Below the pieces are notes generated by a model. That model was not told where the DNA came from. It did no database searches and was given only the letters and a program-made list of their open reading frames with translations. A stretch of DNA of 64,000 nucleotides, taken from the NCBI GenBank assembly GCA_965202585.1, contig OZ241832.1:6324001-6388000 (forward strand), in the 5' to 3' direction. Made by a program: the position numbers and the translations under genes. Origin of the DNA: Thalia democratica. Taxonomy: Eukaryota. Of the stretch, positions 24,439 to 36,900 are shown one piece after another (position 1 is the stretch's first letter; the number at the start of each line of letters is the position of its first letter).

Positions 24439-24986
24439 CTTGCAAAAGATAGTTTATAAATATAACTTGCATGTATTTTACATAAATAGCAAAAACCTAA
24501 CTAATTATTATAAAAAATAGACTACCTTATTATGACGCAACAATATGGTAAAAAAATAATAATAAAATTTAAGGATTTAATGTGGAAAAATAGCAGAAAA
24601 GAATAATTCGTATAATTGATGCAAATGATCTTTTAAATTCCCTAACTTTATGTGGACAAATTAAGAAGAAAACGTTTAATGTAGAAGTAGCATAAATTTG
24701 AAACAAGTGGCTCATGAGTAATTTATATCTGTTATCTTTCACACAACTTGATAGTTTAATAAGTCTGTAATATGTTTTCGTTAAGTGAAAATTAAATTCA
24801 GTCATGTACTAGTCATGACTTAAAAGTACTAGCACATTAACTCGTACATCCAAGTCATAACTCAAAAAGGTGCCGACCAGCAGAGTAACCGGGCCTAAAG
24901 GACAAGAATTAAAAAAAAACTAAGGGCAGGCCGGGGAGATGACAGGTGCGGAGCACCGTGTCATCGACCGGCCGTAGCCCTTTGTT
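24439..24986. repeat. Third, truncated copy of the repeat head (A'), leading into the array
   Basis: Homologous to about 48-593. It lacks the internal duplication of the array unit in its 5' part, but is identical to the array unit from about 24812. Confidence 0.9.
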
Positions 24987-27900
24987 ACAATAAGTTCACT
25001 TTGTGCATGTTTATTGTAATGTATAATGAATGTTAGCACAACTGTGTTTGTATAGCTCATTAGTAAGAACAATCTATTCAACAAATTAGTTAGTACTTAG
25101 GTCGGAGAGCAAGTGTAATCTTGAAACTAACTGTATTGTAAAATTAAGCAAGTATTTTTACCAATAGGATGCAGCTTAATTTTAAGGCTTTTACCTACTT
25201 TAAACGGGTTGTGTGAACGGACTAATACTTTACAAAGAAGAATATACACAAAGATTGATCAACGGAATTTCGGAAGTGTGAAGTACAAGAAGTTATTTAC
25301 TTAAAAAGATAGTTTATAAATATAACTTGCATGTATTTTACATAAGTAGCACAAACCTAAGAAATTATTTAAAAAAAGAGACTACCTCATTATGACGCAA
25401 CAATATGGTAAAGAAAAAAAAAATAAATTTAAGGATTTAATGTGGAAAAATAGCAGAAAAAGAAAAGTTCGTATAATTGATGCAAATGATTTTTTGAATT
25501 CCCTGCCTTTAAGTGGACAAATTAAGAACAAATTGTTTTATGTATGAATAATGAAATTAAAAACAAGTCGCTCTTGTACGATTAATGCAAATGATTTATA
25601 AATTTACCTAATTAAGACGTAAATATTTTGCAGAAGTATTTAAAACAAATGGCTCATGAGTAATTTTAATCTTTCATACAACTTAATAGTTAATAAAATT
25701 CTGTTATATGTTCTAGTTAAGTGAAATTTATATTCAGTCATGACTTAAAAGTACTAGCACATTAACTCGTACATCCAAGTCATAACTCAAAAAGGTGCCG
25801 ACCAGCAGAGTAACCGGGCCTAAAGGACAAGAATTAAAAAAAAACTAAGGGCAGGCCGGGGAGATGACAGGTGCGGAGCACCGTGTCATCGACCGGCCGT
25901 AGCCCTTTGTTACAATAAGTTCACTTTGTGCATGTTTATTGTAATGTATAATGAATGTTAGCACAACTGTGTTTGTATAGCTCATTAGTAAGAACAATCT
26001 ATTCAACAAATTAGTTAGTACTTAGGTCGGAGAGCAAGTGTAATCTTGAAACTAACTGTATTGTAAAATTAAGCAAGTATTTTTACCAATAGGATGCAGC
26101 TTAATTTTAAGGCTTTTACCTACTTTAAACGGGTTGTGTGAACGGACTAATACTTTACAAAGAAGAATATACACAAAGATTGATCAACGGAATTTCGGAA
26201 GTGTGAAGTACAAGAAGTTATTTACTTAAAAAGATAGTTTATAAATATAACTTGCATGTATTTTACATAAGTAGCACAAACCTAAGAAATTATTTAAAAA
26301 AAGAGACTACCTCATTATGACGCAACAATATGGTAAAGAAAAAAAAAATAAATTTAAGGATTTAATGTGGAAAAATAGCAGAAAAAGAAAAGTTCGTATA
26401 ATTGATGCAAATGATTTTTTGAATTCCCTGCCTTTAAGTGGACAAATTAAGAACAAATTGTTTTATGTATGAATAATGAAATTAAAAACAAGTCGCTCTT
26501 GTACGATTAATGCAAATGATTTATAAATTTACCTAATTAAGACGTAAATATTTTGCAGAAGTATTTAAAACAAATGGCTCATGAGTAATTTTAATCTTTC
26601 ATACAACTTAATAGTTAATAAAATTCTGTTATATGTTCTAGTTAAGTGAAATTTATATTCAGTCATGACTTAAAAGTACTAGCACATTAACTCGTACATC
26701 CAAGTCATAACTCAAAAAGGTGCCGACCAGCAGAGTAACCGGGCCTAAAGGACAAGAATTAAAAAAAAACTAAGGGCAGGCCGGGGAGATGACAGGTGCG
26801 GAGCACCGTGTCATCGACCGGCCGTAGCCCTTTGTTACAATAAGTTCACTTTGTGCATGTTTATTGTAATGTATAATGAATGTTAGCACAACTGTGTTTG
26901 TATAGCTCATTAGTAAGAACAATCTATTCAACAAATTAGTTAGTACTTAGGTCGGAGAGCAAGTGTAATCTTGAAACTAACTGTATTGTAAAATTAAGCA
27001 AGTATTTTTACCAATAGGATGCAGCTTAATTTTAAGGCTTTTACCTACTTTAAACGGGTTGTGTGAACGGACTAATACTTTACAAAGAAGAATATACACA
27101 AAGATTGATCAACGGAATTTCGGAAGTGTGAAGTACAAGAAGTTATTTACTTAAAAAGATAGTTTATAAATATAACTTGCATGTATTTTACATAAGTAGC
27201 ACAAACCTAAGAAATTATTTAAAAAAAGAGACTACCTCATTATGACGCAACAATATGGTAAAGAAAAAAAAAATAAATTTAAGGATTTAATGTGGAAAAA
27301 TAGCAGAAAAAGAAAAGTTCGTATAATTGATGCAAATGATTTTTTGAATTCCCTGCCTTTAAGTGGACAAATTAAGAACAAATTGTTTTATGTATGAATA
27401 ATGAAATTAAAAACAAGTCGCTCTTGTACGATTAATGCAAATGATTTATAAATTTACCTAATTAAGACGTAAATATTTTGCAGAAGTATTTAAAACAAAT
27501 GGCTCATGAGTAATTTTAATCTTTCATACAACTTAATAGTTAATAAAATTCTGTTATATGTTCTAGTTAAGTGAAATTTATATTCAGTCATGACTTAAAA
27601 GTACTAGCACATTAACTCGTACATCCAAGTCATAACTCAAAAAGGTGCCGACCAGCAGAGTAACCGGGCCTAAAGGACAAGAATTAAAAAAAAACTAAGG
27701 GCAGGCCGGGGAGATGACAGGTGCGGAGCACCGTGTCATCGACCGGCCGTAGCCCTTTGTTACAATAAGTTCACTTTGTGCATGTTTATTGTAATGTATA
27801 ATGAATGTTAGCACAACTGTGTTTGTATAGCTCATTAGTAAGAACAATCTATTCAACAAATTAGTTAGTACTTAGGTCGGAGAGCAAGTGTAATCTTGAA

Positions 27901-30900
27901 ACTAACTGTATTGTAAAATTAAGCAAGTATTTTTACCAATAGGATGCAGCTTAATTTTAAGGCTTTTACCTACTTTAAACGGGTTGTGTGAACGGACTAA
28001 TACTTTACAAAGAAGAATATACACAAAGATTGATCAACGGAATTTCGGAAGTGTGAAGTACAAGAAGTTATTTACTTAAAAAGATAGTTTATAAATATAA
28101 CTTGCATGTATTTTACATAAGTAGCACAAACCTAAGAAATTATTTAAAAAAAGAGACTACCTCATTATGACGCAACAATATGGTAAAGAAAAAAAAAATA
28201 AATTTAAGGATTTAATGTGGAAAAATAGCAGAAAAAGAAAAGTTCGTATAATTGATGCAAATGATTTTTTGAATTCCCTGCCTTTAAGTGGACAAATTAA
28301 GAACAAATTGTTTTATGTATGAATAATGAAATTAAAAACAAGTCGCTCTTGTACGATTAATGCAAATGATTTATAAATTTACCTAATTAAGACGTAAATA
28401 TTTTGCAGAAGTATTTAAAACAAATGGCTCATGAGTAATTTTAATCTTTCATACAACTTAATAGTTAATAAAATTCTGTTATATGTTCTAGTTAAGTGAA
28501 ATTTATATTCAGTCATGACTTAAAAGTACTAGCACATTAACTCGTACATCCAAGTCATAACTCAAAAAGGTGCCGACCAGCAGAGTAACCGGGCCTAAAG
28601 GACAAGAATTAAAAAAAAACTAAGGGCAGGCCGGGGAGATGACAGGTGCGGAGCACCGTGTCATCGACCGGCCGTAGCCCTTTGTTACAATAAGTTCACT
28701 TTGTGCATGTTTATTGTAATGTATAATGAATGTTAGCACAACTGTGTTTGTATAGCTCATTAGTAAGAACAATCTATTCAACAAATTAGTTAGTACTTAG
28801 GTCGGAGAGCAAGTGTAATCTTGAAACTAACTGTATTGTAAAATTAAGCAAGTATTTTTACCAATAGGATGCAGCTTAATTTTAAGGCTTTTACCTACTT
28901 TAAACGGGTTGTGTGAACGGACTAATACTTTACAAAGAAGAATATACACAAAGATTGATCAACGGAATTTCGGAAGTGTGAAGTACAAGAAGTTATTTAC
29001 TTAAAAAGATAGTTTATAAATATAACTTGCATGTATTTTACATAAGTAGCACAAACCTAAGAAATTATTTAAAAAAAGAGACTACCTCATTATGACGCAA
29101 CAATATGGTAAAGAAAAAAAAAATAAATTTAAGGATTTAATGTGGAAAAATAGCAGAAAAAGAAAAGTTCGTATAATTGATGCAAATGATTTTTTGAATT
29201 CCCTGCCTTTAAGTGGACAAATTAAGAACAAATTGTTTTATGTATGAATAATGAAATTAAAAACAAGTCGCTCTTGTACGATTAATGCAAATGATTTATA
29301 AATTTACCTAATTAAGACGTAAATATTTTGCAGAAGTATTTAAAACAAATGGCTCATGAGTAATTTTAATCTTTCATACAACTTAATAGTTAATAAAATT
29401 CTGTTATATGTTCTAGTTAAGTGAAATTTATATTCAGTCATGACTTAAAAGTACTAGCACATTAACTCGTACATCCAAGTCATAACTCAAAAAGGTGCCG
29501 ACCAGCAGAGTAACCGGGCCTAAAGGACAAGAATTAAAAAAAAACTAAGGGCAGGCCGGGGAGATGACAGGTGCGGAGCACCGTGTCATCGACCGGCCGT
29601 AGCCCTTTGTTACAATAAGTTCACTTTGTGCATGTTTATTGTAATGTATAATGAATGTTAGCACAACTGTGTTTGTATAGCTCATTAGTAAGAACAATCT
29701 ATTCAACAAATTAGTTAGTACTTAGGTCGGAGAGCAAGTGTAATCTTGAAACTAACTGTATTGTAAAATTAAGCAAGTATTTTTACCAATAGGATGCAGC
29801 TTAATTTTAAGGCTTTTACCTACTTTAAACGGGTTGTGTGAACGGACTAATACTTTACAAAGAAGAATATACACAAAGATTGATCAACGGAATTTCGGAA
29901 GTGTGAAGTACAAGAAGTTATTTACTTAAAAAGATAGTTTATAAATATAACTTGCATGTATTTTACATAAGTAGCACAAACCTAAGAAATTATTTAAAAA
30001 AAGAGACTACCTCATTATGACGCAACAATATGGTAAAGAAAAAAAAAATAAATTTAAGGATTTAATGTGGAAAAATAGCAGAAAAAGAAAAGTTCGTATA
30101 ATTGATGCAAATGATTTTTTGAATTCCCTGCCTTTAAGTGGACAAATTAAGAACAAATTGTTTTATGTATGAATAATGAAATTAAAAACAAGTCGCTCTT
30201 GTACGATTAATGCAAATGATTTATAAATTTACCTAATTAAGACGTAAATATTTTGCAGAAGTATTTAAAACAAATGGCTCATGAGTAATTTTAATCTTTC
30301 ATACAACTTAATAGTTAATAAAATTCTGTTATATGTTCTAGTTAAGTGAAATTTATATTCAGTCATGACTTAAAAGTACTAGCACATTAACTCGTACATC
30401 CAAGTCATAACTCAAAAAGGTGCCGACCAGCAGAGTAACCGGGCCTAAAGGACAAGAATTAAAAAAAAACTAAGGGCAGGCCGGGGAGATGACAGGTGCG
30501 GAGCACCGTGTCATCGACCGGCCGTAGCCCTTTGTTACAATAAGTTCACTTTGTGCATGTTTATTGTAATGTATAATGAATGTTAGCACAACTGTGTTTG
30601 TATAGCTCATTAGTAAGAACAATCTATTCAACAAATTAGTTAGTACTTAGGTCGGAGAGCAAGTGTAATCTTGAAACTAACTGTATTGTAAAATTAAGCA
30701 AGTATTTTTACCAATAGGATGCAGCTTAATTTTAAGGCTTTTACCTACTTTAAACGGGTTGTGTGAACGGACTAATACTTTACAAAGAAGAATATACACA
30801 AAGATTGATCAACGGAATTTCGGAAGTGTGAAGTACAAGAAGTTATTTACTTAAAAAGATAGTTTATAAATATAACTTGCATGTATTTTACATAAGTAGC

Positions 30901-33900
30901 ACAAACCTAAGAAATTATTTAAAAAAAGAGACTACCTCATTATGACGCAACAATATGGTAAAGAAAAAAAAAATAAATTTAAGGATTTAATGTGGAAAAA
31001 TAGCAGAAAAAGAAAAGTTCGTATAATTGATGCAAATGATTTTTTGAATTCCCTGCCTTTAAGTGGACAAATTAAGAACAAATTGTTTTATGTATGAATA
31101 ATGAAATTAAAAACAAGTCGCTCTTGTACGATTAATGCAAATGATTTATAAATTTACCTAATTAAGACGTAAATATTTTGCAGAAGTATTTAAAACAAAT
31201 GGCTCATGAGTAATTTTAATCTTTCATACAACTTAATAGTTAATAAAATTCTGTTATATGTTCTAGTTAAGTGAAATTTATATTCAGTCATGACTTAAAA
31301 GTACTAGCACATTAACTCGTACATCCAAGTCATAACTCAAAAAGGTGCCGACCAGCAGAGTAACCGGGCCTAAAGGACAAGAATTAAAAAAAAACTAAGG
31401 GCAGGCCGGGGAGATGACAGGTGCGGAGCACCGTGTCATCGACCGGCCGTAGCCCTTTGTTACAATAAGTTCACTTTGTGCATGTTTATTGTAATGTATA
31501 ATGAATGTTAGCACAACTGTGTTTGTATAGCTCATTAGTAAGAACAATCTATTCAACAAATTAGTTAGTACTTAGGTCGGAGAGCAAGTGTAATCTTGAA
31601 ACTAACTGTATTGTAAAATTAAGCAAGTATTTTTACCAATAGGATGCAGCTTAATTTTAAGGCTTTTACCTACTTTAAACGGGTTGTGTGAACGGACTAA
31701 TACTTTACAAAGAAGAATATACACAAAGATTGATCAACGGAATTTCGGAAGTGTGAAGTACAAGAAGTTATTTACTTAAAAAGATAGTTTATAAATATAA
31801 CTTGCATGTATTTTACATAAGTAGCACAAACCTAAGAAATTATTTAAAAAAAGAGACTACCTCATTATGACGCAACAATATGGTAAAGAAAAAAAAAATA
31901 AATTTAAGGATTTAATGTGGAAAAATAGCAGAAAAAGAAAAGTTCGTATAATTGATGCAAATGATTTTTTGAATTCCCTGCCTTTAAGTGGACAAATTAA
32001 GAACAAATTGTTTTATGTATGAATAATGAAATTAAAAACAAGTCGCTCTTGTACGATTAATGCAAATGATTTATAAATTTACCTAATTAAGACGTAAATA
32101 TTTTGCAGAAGTATTTAAAACAAATGGCTCATGAGTAATTTTAATCTTTCATACAACTTAATAGTTAATAAAATTCTGTTATATGTTCTAGTTAAGTGAA
32201 ATTTATATTCAGTCATGACTTAAAAGTACTAGCACATTAACTCGTACATCCAAGTCATAACTCAAAAAGGTGCCGACCAGCAGAGTAACCGGGCCTAAAG
32301 GACAAGAATTAAAAAAAAACTAAGGGCAGGCCGGGGAGATGACAGGTGCGGAGCACCGTGTCATCGACCGGCCGTAGCCCTTTGTTACAATAAGTTCACT
32401 TTGTGCATGTTTATTGTAATGTATAATGAATGTTAGCACAACTGTGTTTGTATAGCTCATTAGTAAGAACAATCTATTCAACAAATTAGTTAGTACTTAG
32501 GTCGGAGAGCAAGTGTAATCTTGAAACTAACTGTATTGTAAAATTAAGCAAGTATTTTTACCAATAGGATGCAGCTTAATTTTAAGGCTTTTACCTACTT
32601 TAAACGGGTTGTGTGAACGGACTAATACTTTACAAAGAAGAATATACACAAAGATTGATCAACGGAATTTCGGAAGTGTGAAGTACAAGAAGTTATTTAC
32701 TTAAAAAGATAGTTTATAAATATAACTTGCATGTATTTTACATAAGTAGCACAAACCTAAGAAATTATTTAAAAAAAGAGACTACCTCATTATGACGCAA
32801 CAATATGGTAAAGAAAAAAAAAATAAATTTAAGGATTTAATGTGGAAAAATAGCAGAAAAAGAAAAGTTCGTATAATTGATGCAAATGATTTTTTGAATT
32901 CCCTGCCTTTAAGTGGACAAATTAAGAACAAATTGTTTTATGTATGAATAATGAAATTAAAAACAAGTCGCTCTTGTACGATTAATGCAAATGATTTATA
33001 AATTTACCTAATTAAGACGTAAATATTTTGCAGAAGTATTTAAAACAAATGGCTCATGAGTAATTTTAATCTTTCATACAACTTAATAGTTAATAAAATT
33101 CTGTTATATGTTCTAGTTAAGTGAAATTTATATTCAGTCATGACTTAAAAGTACTAGCACATTAACTCGTACATCCAAGTCATAACTCAAAAAGGTGCCG
33201 ACCAGCAGAGTAACCGGGCCTAAAGGACAAGAATTAAAAAAAAACTAAGGGCAGGCCGGGGAGATGACAGGTGCGGAGCACCGTGTCATCGACCGGCCGT
33301 AGCCCTTTGTTACAATAAGTTCACTTTGTGCATGTTTATTGTAATGTATAATGAATGTTAGCACAACTGTGTTTGTATAGCTCATTAGTAAGAACAATCT
33401 ATTCAACAAATTAGTTAGTACTTAGGTCGGAGAGCAAGTGTAATCTTGAAACTAACTGTATTGTAAAATTAAGCAAGTATTTTTACCAATAGGATGCAGC
33501 TTAATTTTAAGGCTTTTACCTACTTTAAACGGGTTGTGTGAACGGACTAATACTTTACAAAGAAGAATATACACAAAGATTGATCAACGGAATTTCGGAA
33601 GTGTGAAGTACAAGAAGTTATTTACTTAAAAAGATAGTTTATAAATATAACTTGCATGTATTTTACATAAGTAGCACAAACCTAAGAAATTATTTAAAAA
33701 AAGAGACTACCTCATTATGACGCAACAATATGGTAAAGAAAAAAAAAATAAATTTAAGGATTTAATGTGGAAAAATAGCAGAAAAAGAAAAGTTCGTATA
33801 ATTGATGCAAATGATTTTTTGAATTCCCTGCCTTTAAGTGGACAAATTAAGAACAAATTGTTTTATGTATGAATAATGAAATTAAAAACAAGTCGCTCTT

Positions 33901-36900
33901 GTACGATTAATGCAAATGATTTATAAATTTACCTAATTAAGACGTAAATATTTTGCAGAAGTATTTAAAACAAATGGCTCATGAGTAATTTTAATCTTTC
34001 ATACAACTTAATAGTTAATAAAATTCTGTTATATGTTCTAGTTAAGTGAAATTTATATTCAGTCATGACTTAAAAGTACTAGCACATTAACTCGTACATC
34101 CAAGTCATAACTCAAAAAGGTGCCGACCAGCAGAGTAACCGGGCCTAAAGGACAAGAATTAAAAAAAAACTAAGGGCAGGCCGGGGAGATGACAGGTGCG
34201 GAGCACCGTGTCATCGACCGGCCGTAGCCCTTTGTTACAATAAGTTCACTTTGTGCATGTTTATTGTAATGTATAATGAATGTTAGCACAACTGTGTTTG
34301 TATAGCTCATTAGTAAGAACAATCTATTCAACAAATTAGTTAGTACTTAGGTCGGAGAGCAAGTGTAATCTTGAAACTAACTGTATTGTAAAATTAAGCA
34401 AGTATTTTTACCAATAGGATGCAGCTTAATTTTAAGGCTTTTACCTACTTTAAACGGGTTGTGTGAACGGACTAATACTTTACAAAGAAGAATATACACA
34501 AAGATTGATCAACGGAATTTCGGAAGTGTGAAGTACAAGAAGTTATTTACTTAAAAAGATAGTTTATAAATATAACTTGCATGTATTTTACATAAGTAGC
34601 ACAAACCTAAGAAATTATTTAAAAAAAGAGACTACCTCATTATGACGCAACAATATGGTAAAGAAAAAAAAAATAAATTTAAGGATTTAATGTGGAAAAA
34701 TAGCAGAAAAAGAAAAGTTCGTATAATTGATGCAAATGATTTTTTGAATTCCCTGCCTTTAAGTGGACAAATTAAGAACAAATTGTTTTATGTATGAATA
34801 ATGAAATTAAAAACAAGTCGCTCTTGTACGATTAATGCAAATGATTTATAAATTTACCTAATTAAGACGTAAATATTTTGCAGAAGTATTTAAAACAAAT
34901 GGCTCATGAGTAATTTTAATCTTTCATACAACTTAATAGTTAATAAAATTCTGTTATATGTTCTAGTTAAGTGAAATTTATATTCAGTCATGACTTAAAA
35001 GTACTAGCACATTAACTCGTACATCCAAGTCATAACTCAAAAAGGTGCCGACCAGCAGAGTAACCGGGCCTAAAGGACAAGAATTAAAAAAAAACTAAGG
35101 GCAGGCCGGGGAGATGACAGGTGCGGAGCACCGTGTCATCGACCGGCCGTAGCCCTTTGTTACAATAAGTTCACTTTGTGCATGTTTATTGTAATGTATA
35201 ATGAATGTTAGCACAACTGTGTTTGTATAGCTCATTAGTAAGAACAATCTATTCAACAAATTAGTTAGTACTTAGGTCGGAGAGCAAGTGTAATCTTGAA
35301 ACTAACTGTATTGTAAAATTAAGCAAGTATTTTTACCAATAGGATGCAGCTTAATTTTAAGGCTTTTACCTACTTTAAACGGGTTGTGTGAACGGACTAA
35401 TACTTTACAAAGAAGAATATACACAAAGATTGATCAACGGAATTTCGGAAGTGTGAAGTACAAGAAGTTATTTACTTAAAAAGATAGTTTATAAATATAA
35501 CTTGCATGTATTTTACATAAGTAGCACAAACCTAAGAAATTATTTAAAAAAAGAGACTACCTCATTATGACGCAACAATATGGTAAAGAAAAAAAAAATA
35601 AATTTAAGGATTTAATGTGGAAAAATAGCAGAAAAAGAAAAGTTCGTATAATTGATGCAAATGATTTTTTGAATTCCCTGCCTTTAAGTGGACAAATTAA
35701 GAACAAATTGTTTTATGTATGAATAATGAAATTAAAAACAAGTCGCTCTTGTACGATTAATGCAAATGATTTATAAATTTACCTAATTAAGACGTAAATA
35801 TTTTGCAGAAGTATTTAAAACAAATGGCTCATGAGTAATTTTAATCTTTCATACAACTTAATAGTTAATAAAATTCTGTTATATGTTCTAGTTAAGTGAA
35901 ATTTATATTCAGTCATGACTTAAAAGTACTAGCACATTAACTCGTACATCCAAGTCATAACTCAAAAAGGTGCCGACCAGCAGAGTAACCGGGCCTAAAG
36001 GACAAGAATTAAAAAAAAACTAAGGGCAGGCCGGGGAGATGACAGGTGCGGAGCACCGTGTCATCGACCGGCCGTAGCCCTTTGTTACAATAAGTTCACT
36101 TTGTGCATGTTTATTGTAATGTATAATGAATGTTAGCACAACTGTGTTTGTATAGCTCATTAGTAAGAACAATCTATTCAACAAATTAGTTAGTACTTAG
36201 GTCGGAGAGCAAGTGTAATCTTGAAACTAACTGTATTGTAAAATTAAGCAAGTATTTTTACCAATAGGATGCAGCTTAATTTTAAGGCTTTTACCTACTT
36301 TAAACGGGTTGTGTGAACGGACTAATACTTTACAAAGAAGAATATACACAAAGATTGATCAACGGAATTTCGGAAGTGTGAAGTACAAGAAGTTATTTAC
36401 TTAAAAAGATAGTTTATAAATATAACTTGCATGTATTTTACATAAGTAGCACAAACCTAAGAAATTATTTAAAAAAAGAGACTACCTCATTATGACGCAA
36501 CAATATGGTAAAGAAAAAAAAAATAAATTTAAGGATTTAATGTGGAAAAATAGCAGAAAAAGAAAAGTTCGTATAATTGATGCAAATGATTTTTTGAATT
36601 CCCTGCCTTTAAGTGGACAAATTAAGAACAAATTGTTTTATGTATGAATAATGAAATTAAAAACAAGTCGCTCTTGTACGATTAATGCAAATGATTTATA
36701 AATTTACCTAATTAAGACGTAAATATTTTGCAGAAGTATTTAAAACAAATGGCTCATGAGTAATTTTAATCTTTCATACAACTTAATAGTTAATAAAATT
36801 CTGTTATATGTTCTAGTTAAGTGAAATTTATATTCAGTCATGACTTAAAAGTACTAGCACATTAACTCGTACATCCAAGTCATAACTCAAAAAGGTGCCG

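Noticed and set aside
24840-24986. Self-cleaving ribozyme (hammerhead, twister or HDV) as in retrozyme or Penelope tandem repeats
   Set aside because: No CTGA.GA plus GAAA hammerhead core in a compatible fold; only a superficial TTACTCTGC resemblance to twister, without the downstream conserved elements.
24987-25911. Array unit as a 5S rRNA, snRNA, spliced-leader, tRNA or histone repeat
   Set aside because: No recognisable 5S, U1/U2/U4/U5/U6, SL, tRNA box A/B or histone coding sequence on either strand by eye. An Infernal/Rfam scan would be the definitive test.
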